Virus record (IMG/VR): IMGVR_UViG_3300025162_000016
Coordinates: 124,001-188,000 of that record
Length of the DNA stretch: 64,000 nucleotides
Strand: one strand, 5' to 3'
A model generated the notes under the pieces. The model saw nothing but the letters and a program-made list of their open reading frames with translations, was not told the DNA's origin and made no database searches. Both the position numbers and the translations under genes were made by a program. Positions 1-10,500 of this stretch are shown one piece after another (within the stretch, counting starts at the first letter, position 1; every line of letters starts with the position of its first letter).

Positions 1-1
1 A

Positions 2-3000
2 GTAGCCACATCAGTAACCGCTTCATTATTTGGAACCGCAAGTTGGGCATTAAACGCTTTAACAGCGAGTTATGTATCTTCCAGTAACATCGCCGGTAAT
101 GTTACCGCCTTTAGTTCGTCGTGGGCATCGTCAAGTATCTCAGCAAGTTATTTAAATGGATCACACACTGGTTCTACGTTTGGAACCGCATCTTGGGCGA
201 ATAATGCTTTAACCGCATCTTATATTTCTTCGAGTAATATTACCGGAAACATTACCGCATTTAGTTCTTCTTGGGCATCAAGCTCATTGAGTTCATCGTA
301 TCCATGGTTTACTACGGGAAGTAATATTGCGTATGTCGGAGGAAATGTTGGTATTGGGATTGCTACACCGGTAGAAACATTAGCAATATATCAACCTATT
401 GGTTCGAATTCAAGTCTATCATTGGCGGATGGAGATGTTACACATGGAGTAACAACATTAGCAGGAACAAATGTTTGGTTATTAATCAATGAACACACTA
501 CAGATAAAGGCGGAGCACAATTAATTGGATTTTCGGATGCTTCGGATAATCCGGCATTTGAAATAAAAGGAGTTAATACTACAGATCCGGATGTAAACAT
601 ACCGGCAATTGTATTAGATGGATATAGTGCCAATGGAACTGGAGTTAAAGCATTGGCGGCAACTAAAACGGTGGTACAGCTTCAGAACAATGGAGTTGCG
701 CTTTTTAGTCTTTTAGGAAACGGTAATGTTGGCATAGGAATTACTAATCCAATAAACAGTTTGGATGTAGTAGGAAACATTTCTTGCAGCGTAATAACCG
801 CCTCGTTATTTTATGGCACTGCCAGTTGGGCTCTTAATTCTAAAACAGCGAGTTATATTTCTTCCAGTAATATTTTTGGTAGCATTACCGCATTTTCTTC
901 TTCATGGGCTTCCAGTTCATTAATAGCAATAAGTGCAATCTATGCATCCAGTTCAATAACAGCTACGAGTTCGATATTCGCATCTGCGAGTTTATATACC
1001 ACCGGCGCAATTTATGCGTCCAGTTCAATCAGTGCAAGCTGGGCATCTGCTAGTATATCGTCTAGTTATTTATTTGGATCACATACCGGCTCTACATTTG
1101 GAACATCATCTTGGGCTTTTAATTCATTAACTGCTAGTTATATTTCTTCGAGTAATATCACCGGCAATATTACCGCATTTTCTTCTTCATGGGCTTCCAG
1201 TTCATTGAGTTCATCGTATCCATGGTTTACTACGGGAAGTAATATCGCTTATGTCGGCGGAAATGTTGGAATTGGAACAACCAATCCAGCAAATATTATT
1301 GATATTTATCAGAATACAAATTCCAAACCGAAACTTTTGTTTACAAATGCATCAAATGGCACGGGGGCACAGAGTTTAATGGAGTTTGCGAATGATGTGG
1401 GTAATAGAGCGGATTTTGGAATGAATAGTTCCAATAAAACCCAATATGGTAATATTGAACCCGGTTTCGCATTTATGTATACGACTGCCCCTGGTTTCGC
1501 ATTCATGGATGATAGCGCAGGGGGTAAAATAAGTTTTTGGATAGGTTCTAATATATGGAATTCGGCACAATTAACAATAACCGCATCTGGCGTTGGCATT
1601 GGTATCACGACTCCAGTAAATAAATTAGATGTAGCAGGTAATATTTCTTGTTCCATAATCACCGCCTCATTATTCTATGGAACTGCATCGTGGGCACTTA
1701 ATTCTTTAACAGCTAGTTATGTTTCTTCCAGTAATATTATTGGTATAGTAACCGCCTTAAGCGCAAGCTGGGCTAGTGCATCAATCAGTGCTTCATATGC
1801 TCCAGTCCAACCAAATTATTCTTCGAGTGTTTCTGTACAATTTGGGACTAAACAAGACACACTTGTAACTGGAAATACTTATTCTATTACATCATCTTGG
1901 GCTTTTAATTCATTAACTGCTAGTTATATTTCTTCCAGTAATATTATTGGTAATGTAACCGCATTTTCTGCATCATGGGCATCTTCCAGCATTTCTTCTA
2001 GTTATTCCATAACTGCCGGAACGGCGAATGCGATTTCTTTTGTTCCTTTAACATCGACTAGTGCCTCTTGGGTAAGTGCTTCGGTTAAAATAACTACTGC
2101 TGATACTGCATCTTATATTTCTTCCAGTAATATTTTTGGTAATGTAACTGCTCTCTCAGCATCATGGGCTAGTGCATCAATCAGTGCTTCATATGCTCCA
2201 GTCCAACCAAATTATTCTTCGAGTGTTTCTGTACAATTTGGGACTAAACAAGACACACTTGTAACTGGAAATACTTATTCTATTACATCATCTTGGGCTT
2301 TTAATTCATTAACTGCTAGTTATATTTCTTCCAGTAATATTATTGGTAATGTAACCGCATTTTCTGCATCATGGGCATCGGCATCTATTTTTTCGATTAG
2401 TGCATCCTATCTATCGGGAGCAACTGCTATTATAGGAAATGGTGCAACCATTGGAGCAATATCTCTAGGAGTTCCAACTTTTTCATCTACTCAAATAGGA
2501 TATGGATTAACTGGAAATAATGATAATTCAAGAACAGTTCAAGTAGGATATCAAGCCGGTTCGGATACAACCTCCGCAACTGACGCCGTTCAAATCGGGT
2601 TTCAACCGGGACAATTCATATACAATGCAAATAGCTCCGTTCAAGTTGGGGCATATGCTGGCAGATTTGCTACTACTTCATCAAATTCCGTTCATGTTGG
2701 ACGTTCAGCCGGAGAAGGATCAACCAACTCGGAACAATCTGTTAAAGTGGGTGCCTATGCTGGCAAGAGTTCACCTACATCTATTAATGCCGTTCAAATC
2801 GGTTTTCGGGCAGGAGAATTAACTGGAGATTCCACTAACGCCGTTCAGATCGGAGTACTTGCGGGATATTCCGCAACTCACGCAGAAGGAGCAACCCAAG
2901 TCGGTGCTTTTGCAGGACAATATTCTAGCGAAATAAGTTTCTCAACTCAAATAGGATACCGGGCCGGATATGATGCAAAGTTAGCAAATTATACAACGTT

Positions 3001-4570
3001 TATCGGAGCATTCGCAGATGCATTCACTCGTTCATTGTCATTAGATGTTCAAAAAAGCATTGCGATAGGATATGGGGCAAAAGTTTCTGCTTCTAACACC
3101 GCTGTAATCGGAGGAACAATTGGAAGTGGAAACGAAGTTAATGTAACCATTGGCGGCACAACTGCTACAAACAGATTAGATGTAATTGGAAATATTTACT
3201 GTAATGTTATAACTGCCTCGTTCCATTTTGGAACCGCCTCGTGGGCACAATCATCTTCCGTGGCATTAACGGCATCTTATGTTTCTTCCAGTAACATTAT
3301 TGGAACCGTATATTCTCTCAGTTCATCATGGGCATCTGCTAGTTTATATGCAACGGGAGCGATTTATGCTTCCAGTTCAATCAGTGCAAGTTGGGCATCA
3401 AGTTCATTATATTCATTGGGGTCGAATTATGCATCAAGGTCAATATCATCTTCTTGGGCATCTGCCAGTTTATATGCCATTGGAGCAATCTACGCTTCCA
3501 GTTCAATTAGTTCTAGCTGGGCTAGCAGTTCTTTAATAGCAGTAAGTTCAATCTATGCATCCAGTTCAGTAACAGCTACTAGTTCGATATTTGCTTCAGC
3601 TAGTTTATATGCGACGGGAGCAATTTATGCGTCCAGTTCAATCAGTGCAAGTTGGGCATCTGCTAGTATATCGTCTAGTTATTTATTTGGATCACATACC
3701 GGCTCTACATTTGGAACATCATCTTGGGCTTTTAATTCATTAACTGCTAGTTATATTTCTTCGAGTAATATTACCGGAAACATTACCGCATTTAGTTCTT
3801 CATGGGCTTCCAGTTCATTGAGTTCAAGCTATCCTTGGTTTACTACCGGAAGTAATATCGCTTATGTCGGCGGAAATGTTGGTATCGGCATTGTTTCTCC
3901 AGTAAATAAATTAGATGTAGTAGGAAATATTTCTTGTTCAGTAATAACCGCTTCTTTATTTTATGGAACCGCAAGTTTGGCATCATATTCTTTAAGTTCA
4001 TCGGTGGCTACGGTATCGACTGGTCCTTATTATTTATTAATGGCAACGGGATCAACTGGGAATCAGCCATTATATATTGACAATGGGGTTACGTTAAATG
4101 CGGCTACGAATACCTTAACAGTAACGTCATCGAATGCCTTATATGCAATAACTGCTAGTGGAACTACACCGGGATTAAATGCGAGTAATAGAATTACCTG
4201 GACGGCGGGGGAGATGATATTTAGCAGTGGGGTGCCGTATAATCTTGAAGTGGCTCAATTATTGGCAGGGGGATCATGTTTAGTGAAATTGACGATACAG
4301 GGAGACGATGTTAACACGGGGACTCCATATACGTATTATGGAGAATTTATGGTATTGAGAGTTTATTTGGGGGCGAGTCCGCAACCGGGGTATATATTGC
4401 GGCAGATTTCCAGTCCGACCTGGGCGATAACGTCTACGATTATAGATCCCGGTGCTGGTACCCCTAATACATTACAAATATATAATCTCTCGTTCACAGT
4501 AAATCAAACGACAACTGCGAGATATTTAATGGAGAAGTGGTTGTTTGTGGGCAGTGGTTATGGAGTTTAA
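2..4570 (+). CDS. Giant tail-fibre/adhesin-like protein 1 (5'-truncated by the window)
   Basis: The frame of ORF 287..4570 is open from position 2 (VATSVTASLFGTASWALN...), so the TTG at 287 is not the real start. Ser/Ala/Trp-rich TASWA..LTASY repeats, several GNVGIG(T/I) motifs, and a YadA-head-like xxxIGxxAG repeat block at ~2530-3115. Confidence 0.75.
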   Translation, partial: VATSVTASLFGTASWALNALTASYVSSSNIAGNVTAFSSSWASSSISASYLNGSHTGSTFGTASWANNALTASYISSSNITGNITAFSSSWASSSLSSSYPWFTTGSNIAYVGGNVGIGIATPVETLAIYQPIGSNSSLSLADGDVTHGVTTLAGTNVWLLINEHTTDKGGAQLIGFSDASDNPAFEIKGVNTTDPDVNIPAIVLDGYSANGTGVKALAATKTVVQLQNNGVALFSLLGNGNVGIGITNPINSLDVVGNISCSVITASLFYGTASWALNSKTASYISSSNIFGSITAFSSSWASSSLIAISAIYASSSITATSSIFASASLYTTGAIYASSSISASWASASISSSYLFGSHTGSTFGTSSWAFNSLTASYISSSNITGNITAFSSSWASSSLSSSYPWFTTGSNIAYVGGNVGIGTTNPANIIDIYQNTNSKPKLLFTNASNGTGAQSLMEFANDVGNRADFGMNSSNKTQYGNIEPGFAFMYTTAPGFAFMDDSAGGKISFWIGSNIWNSAQLTITASGVGIGITTPVNKLDVAGNISCSIITASLFYGTASWALNSLTASYVSSSNIIGIVTALSASWASASISASYAPVQPNYSSSVSVQFGTKQDTLVTGNTYSITSSWAFNSLTASYISSSNIIGNVTAFSASWASSSISSSYSITAGTANAISFVPLTSTSASWVSASVKITTADTASYISSSNIFGNVTALSASWASASISASYAPVQPNYSSSVSVQFGTKQDTLVTGNTYSITSSWAFNSLTASYISSSNIIGNVTAFSASWASASIFSISASYLSGATAIIGNGATIGAISLGVPTFSSTQIGYGLTGNNDNSRTVQVGYQAGSDTTSATDAVQIGFQPGQFIYNANSSVQVGAYAGRFATTSSNSVHVGRSAGEGSTNSEQSVKVGAYAGKSSPTSINAVQIGFRAGELTGDSTNAVQIGVLAGYSATHAEGATQVGAFAGQYSSEISFSTQIGYRAGYDAKLANYTTFIGAFADAFTRSLSLDVQKSIAIGYGAKVSASNTAVIGGTIGSGNEVNVTIGGTTATNRLDVIGNIYCNVITASFHFGTASWAQSSSVALTASYVSSSNIIGTVYSLSSSWASASLYATGAIYASSSISASWASSSLYSLGSNYASRSISSSWASASLYAIGAIYASSSISSSWASSSLIAVSSIYASSSVTATSSIFASASLYATGAIYASSSISASWASASISSSYLFGSHTGSTFGTSSWAFNSLTASYISSSNITGNITAFSSSWASSSLSSSYPWFTTGSNIAYVGGNVGIGIVSPVNKLDVVGNISCSVITASLFYGTASLASYSLSSSVATVSTGPYYLLMATGSTGNQPLYIDNGVTLNAATNTLTVTSSNALYAITASGTTPGLNASNRITWTAGEMIFSSGVPYNLEVAQLLAGGSCLVKLTIQGDDVNTGTPYTYYGEFMVLRVYLGASPQPGYILRQISSPTWAITSTIIDPGAGTPNTLQIYNLSFTVNQTTTARYLMEKWLFVGSGYGV
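1769..2379 (+). repeat. Exact 215-bp direct duplication inside fibre 1 (1769-1983 = 2165-2379)
   Basis: Base-by-base identity read from the sequence; offset 396 bp (in frame). Confidence 0.9.
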
Positions 4571-4573
4571 AAT

Positions 4574-7500
4574 ATGGCAAATATAACACAAGTAGTTGAA
4601 AACATAGCATATGGAACAGCGTCGTTGTATGGAACAGCCTCCTGGGCTCTTAATTCCAAAACCGCATCCTATATTTCTTCCAGTAATATTATTGGTAATG
4701 TTACCGCCCTCTCTGCTTCTTGGGCGAGTAGCTCTCTAAGCTCATCTTATCCTTGGTTTACTACCGGAAGCAATATCGCTTATGTCGGCGGAAATGTGGG
4801 AATTGGGACTACGAGTCCTGCTCAGAAGCTACATATTGAAAGCTCTACCAGTGCCACCTCTCAATTGCTTATTCGCAATACGGCAATCGCTTTTGGTAGT
4901 GGGTATTCATCTGCCTTATTATTCGCTCCGATTTCATCCTTTGGTGGGACTACGGAAGCGTTATCGGGTGCGAGTATTAAATCGATAACCAGTGATAACT
5001 ATTCCACCGACCTTTTATTTAGTAATTTTGACCAAAATCGTGGAACTTTTGCGGAATCAATGAGGATAACAAGTATCGGCAACGTTGCCATTGGCACTAC
5101 TACTTCGAGCGGACAACAAGTAACAATCAATTCGAATCAAGGAGGAGTAGGAAACGCCGCTCTTAAAATAATTTATAACAATAGTTCGGTTTTAGGTGAA
5201 GTCGCTGTATTAGCTCACCGAACCACGGGATGGAGCAGTTTATATGTTAGCGGCTCTGGAGTTAGTTTGGTCAATGCGGTTTTTGTAGAAGGAGATAAAC
5301 CGGTTATACTCAATGCGGGCAATGTAGGCATCGGGACGACGACTCCGAACAACAAACTGGAAGTGAATGGTAATTTGTATGTGGGAGGTGGGTCTGGTGG
5401 GTCTGGGACAGCGACTCAAAGTGGTTTTCAAGATACCTATGGTGGTATTCGTTCTGCTCTGTTTTTGAGAAATAGTGCAGATTATGCGGCTAGCAGAGGG
5501 ACAGGTATTGATTTTCAAAGTGGAGCAGGAGTCGCCAAAACGAGAATATATTCCCAAGCTCTTGATGCTAATCAAGATGGTTATTATATGGCGTTTGCTA
5601 CAACTCCGACGGGTGGAACTATTGGCGAAAAAATGAGATTGAGTGCAACGGGTGGCTTGTCTTTGGGGACTTATACTGGCACAGACCCAGGGGCAGGGTC
5701 AATGATAATAAGTGGCAACGTCGGAATAGGAACTATTTCTCCGGTAAACAGATTAGATGTAGTAGGAAATATCAGTTGTAGTGTAATCACGGCCAGTTTA
5801 TTCAACGGCATTGCCACTAATATAAGCGGTGGAGTTGCAAATTATATACCAATATGGGCCAGTGGAACTACTCTATCCAGTAGTAATATCTATCAAACCG
5901 GAGGTAATGTCGGAATTGGGACGACGTCACCGGGACAGAAATTATCGGTGGCCGGTGGGACTATGACTTTTTCGGCTGGTGGACTTTCCAATCCCGCTGT
6001 TGGTATTGGAAATACTCAAGCCGCTGCTCAAGCGGAACTGGCAGGTTTCTATACCTACGATAGTTCCAGCGGTTATCAGGGTTGGATTGGTGGTATTGCG
6101 GTAGGAGGAGAAGCGGGAGGTTGGGGAGCAAAAACTTTGAGATTTCAAGTTCCTGATGGTAGTGGAAATCCCGTTAATGCGTTGAACATTTTGGGAGGTA
6201 ACGGATATGTCGGCATCGGGACGACGGCACCGGGGGCAACGTTAGATGTTTCGGCATTTTCCAGCATAAGAGGCCCCGAAATAAGATTGACCGACAGAAC
6301 TGTTATTGCTGCTGCTAGAAACTGGGTCATCGGTAATGCTGTAGGAAATCTTTCATATGGCTCATTTGGTATCTCTTACGGGTCATCTCAAGGAGCTACC
6401 CCCGATGCAAATACGGCGCTTGCGATATTAAATAACGGCAACGTCGGTATCGGGACTACTAGTCCTGCGACAAAACTTCATATTTCTGGAGCAACAGGTG
6501 TCGCTTCTTCAATGTTATTAACTGATACTACGGACAGTGCGGAAATGGTATTCAGACCTGTTTCGGGAGGGGGTTTAATTGCGGTTACTGACCCAAAAGA
6601 TATTTTGTTTGGAACATACTCTACACCTTCAGGTTTGTCGGGCTATACGCAGAACATGGTAATAAAAGGAAGCGGCAACGTCGGCATCGGGACGACGAGT
6701 CCTAGGGCGAAGTTACACGTTAGTACTGGAAGTATTCAATTAGAAGAAAATTATGGTATAAACTGGTTAGTGTCAGGAACTACTCGTCGCATGTTAGCCT
6801 ATGCTGGAAGTAATATTTATTTTGGTAGTATAGACAACGATATTGCTACCAACAATTATTATCGTGCGGGTAGTACTGGCGTGCATATTTTCGAAACCAA
6901 TGGGGGAGAAAAAATGCGTATCACAAATACCGGCAATGTCGGTATTGGTACTGACACTCCCGGTGGAGGATTAGACGTAAGGGTTGTCGGGGCGGGTATT
7001 GCTACTCAAAAAACGGCGGATAGCGTGAGACTTGGTTCTTCTGCTTCCGGACGAAGTTCAATTTGGTTGGATACTTCAAACACCACCTATACGTGGCGAG
7101 CTTGGTTTATAGAAAATTATCTCGGCGATCTCAATATCGGAAGACCAAGCCTAACTGTTATGACTCTTTTAAACGGAGGTAATGTCGGGATTGGGACTAC
7201 TAGTCCACAGGCGTTGACAAGTCTTTCTGGGCTAATTGGCGCACCCGGTATAACAGATAAAGGGATATTACAAATTTATACAGATGCAACTACTCATCCT
7301 GGTAGTGCGGTAAATGTTGGTCTTAGTATTGGAGGCTATTTAGCATATCCGTATGGGATGTGGATTCAATCTATGGATTCAAGGGCTAATCAAAATACCG
7401 CTTACCCAATCATTTTAAATCCACTTGGCGGCAACGTCGGCATCGGGACGACGAGTCCCGGCAGTTCTTTACATGTTTATAGTGCTGGCACGACGGCTTT

Positions 7501-10500
7501 CATTCAAGTTGATACTATCGCTGCTAATACTTCACAATTTAGACTACTTAAAGATAATGTTCTTAAATGGGCAATATATTCTCCCGCTGGTTCAAATGAT
7601 TTAAGATTTTATGATGCTGCGGATAGAGTTACAATTCAAAGTGGCGGCAATGTTGGTATCGGCACTACTACACCCGAAGCATTATTAACGTTGTCCAAAG
7701 ATGCGGATATTGCCATCCGATTTAACACGACATCCGCCGTCACAGTTGCACGTAATTGGGCAATAGATGCATCAAGACTCGCTTATGGTGATTTAGCGGT
7801 AATGCAATCAACCGCTCTCGGAGGTGATCCCCTAGCAGCAGGAACTGCTAGAATGTATTTTGATTATTCAGGCTATGTCGGTATCGGGACGACGAGTCCG
7901 GAATCTTTGTTACATATATCCGGAGGAGCAGTAGATATATCTCCCGGCGCAAATGGTAATTATAATGAAGGCATACGTATTCATCCTGCTAATAATGATT
8001 ATTCAACTATTGTAATAGGTGCGGTTTCTGGAGCAAATGGATCTGGAACCGGACAATGGAATTTTTTAAGATATCCGGCGGCAAATGGCAATATGTTTTC
8101 TATCCTACATAATGCCGCAAATGTTATGACTATGACGACAGGTAGTAATATCGGCATCGGGACGACGACACCAGTCGCTAAACTTGATGTAAACGGTACA
8201 ATTAATTCCGGAACTGGTCATATATATTTATCTAGGAACCTTACTGATTTATCGGCTCGTCGAAACTGGGGATTTGTAACTGAACAAGACACTGTTGGTG
8301 ATTTTAGTATTAGGGAAAGCACTTCTAATGTTAATGACCCCGCTTCTTCTAGGTTGACTATTTTAAGCGGCGGCAACGTCGGCATCGGGACGACGAGTCC
8401 AGGAGCGAAGTTGGAAGTTAATGGAAGCATTAATGCTAAAACTGCTGGTAGCAATATCATTTCTTCTACAGTATCAGGCACTGGTGTATATGCATCGGTT
8501 CAAACTGCCGCAGATACCGCTGGATTATACCAATGTACATTCGGTTCGACTTACGGCGGAACTCTATATGGCGGAGTTACGGGAAACAATCAAGTTGTCA
8601 GTGAAGTTCAAGGGGCAAGTAGTTATTATTTTGGAACGGTTGGTACTGCTCCGATTTATTTCGCTCCACAAAGAAGTATTGCAATGACAATATTAAATAA
8701 TGGCAACGTCGGCATAGGAACTATTTCTCCGGTAAACAGATTAGATGTAGTAGGAAATATCAGTTGTAGTGTAATCACGGCCAGTTTATTTTTTGGTACT
8801 GCATCAAGAGCAACCAATGCATTGACAGCGGCATATGTATCAAATACTGGAGTAGTAATAGATACTACCGGAATGAATGTTAATAATGCTACCACCTATG
8901 GGGTTACTGGTATTAATTTCAGTTCCGGAATAACTTATGTATCCAGTAGTGGAATTATCTTTACTTCCGGTAATAGTTACAAAGATGGCGCTGCTACCGC
9001 TTCTTTATTCGGTACGGCCAGTTGGGCACTTAATGCCAAAACCGCCAGTTATATCTCCTCTACCAATATCTCCGGTAATGTCACTGCCTTTAGTGCAAGT
9101 TGGGCCAGTTCTTCTTTAAGCTCATCCTACCCCTGGCTTACCACCGCCGACAATATTTCTTATGTCGGCGGTAACGTCGGTATCGGGGTATCTGCTTTCG
9201 GAAGTACTGCGGAAAAATTATTGGTCTCCGGAACAACTTATAACGTAATCAGTGGCGTAGGAACTCTAGATAATTATTTACAATTAAATATTAAAAATAG
9301 TAGCGCCGGTGTCGCCGCCAGTTCAGATATAGTAGCAACTAATAATACCGGCAATGAAACCGGTAATTTCGTAGACTTAGGTATTAATAGCAGCGGTTAT
9401 ACTTCCAATGTCGTCGGATTACAAAATGATGGCTATTTGTATAATACCGGTAGTAATTTCTATATCGGTAATATAACCACTGGTAAAAATCTCTACCTGT
9501 TCGCAGGTGGAACCGCCGATACCGCCTCCGTAATAATAAATTCTTCTAAAAATGTCGGCATCGGTACAATTTCCCCAGTAAATAAATTAGATGTATTCGG
9601 TAATATATCATGTAGTATAATCACCGCTTCTTTATTTTATGGTACCGCTTCCAGAGCAACTACTGCTACCACCGCATTATCAAGTTCCACTGGGGTGTCT
9701 TCTGATAGTACAGATTATAATTTAACAATGGTGGCCGGAAGTGGTAATCAACCATTACTAGCAGATACACATCCAAGTTTAGTATGGAATCCAGGAACAA
9801 CCGGAGTCGGTCTATTAAAAGTAGGTGGATTATTAAATCTTAGAGATCCTAATTCGACGACGGTTTTATATAGAGATACATATATAGAAGATGCGGGCGG
9901 TGCAATACGATTTACAACAAGCGGATCAACTTATACCACATTCGGGGTTACTGGAAATATCACTATTCCCGTAACCGCCAAATTAGTCGGAACATCCAGT
10001 TGGGCAGTAAGTGCCTCCTGGGCTCCCTCTGTAGCTGCTAGTTTATATGTCACCGGCGCAATCTATGCCTCCAGTTCTATTAGTGCATCATGGGCATCAT
10101 CGAGTTTATATTCTATTGGGGCAATCTATGCCTCCAGTTCTATTAGTGCATCATGGGCATCATCGAGTTTATATTCTATTGGGGCAATCTATGCCTCCAG
10201 TTCTATTAGTGCATCATGGGCATCATCGAGTTTATATTCTATTGGGGCAATCTATGCCTCCAGTTCTATTAGTGCATCATGGGCATCATCGAGTTTATAT
10301 TCTATTGGGGCAATCTATGCCTCCAGTTCTATTAGTGCATCATGGGCCAGTGCATCTATAAGCTCATCCTACCCTTGGCGTGCCATTGGAACAGATGTTT
10401 CTTATATGGGCGGTAATGTAGGAATTGGTACAACTACCCCAATAGGAGCAGATTCAACAAACCGAACCTTCCAAATCGGCGATCGGTTTGTAATTCAAAG

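Noticed and set aside
900-3885. Diversity-generating retroelement template/variable repeat pair
   Set aside because: One pair is identical and the other differs at mixed synonymous positions rather than only at adenines; no reverse transcriptase in the window.
5318-8790. Invertase-driven shufflon in fibre 2
   Set aside because: All linkers are in direct orientation within one open frame and no adjacent invertase exists; kept only as a homologous-recombination hypothesis.
10047-10361. Alternative-frame ORF with MPPVLLVHHGHH repeats
   Set aside because: Shadow frame of the 63-bp repeat inside fibre 2.
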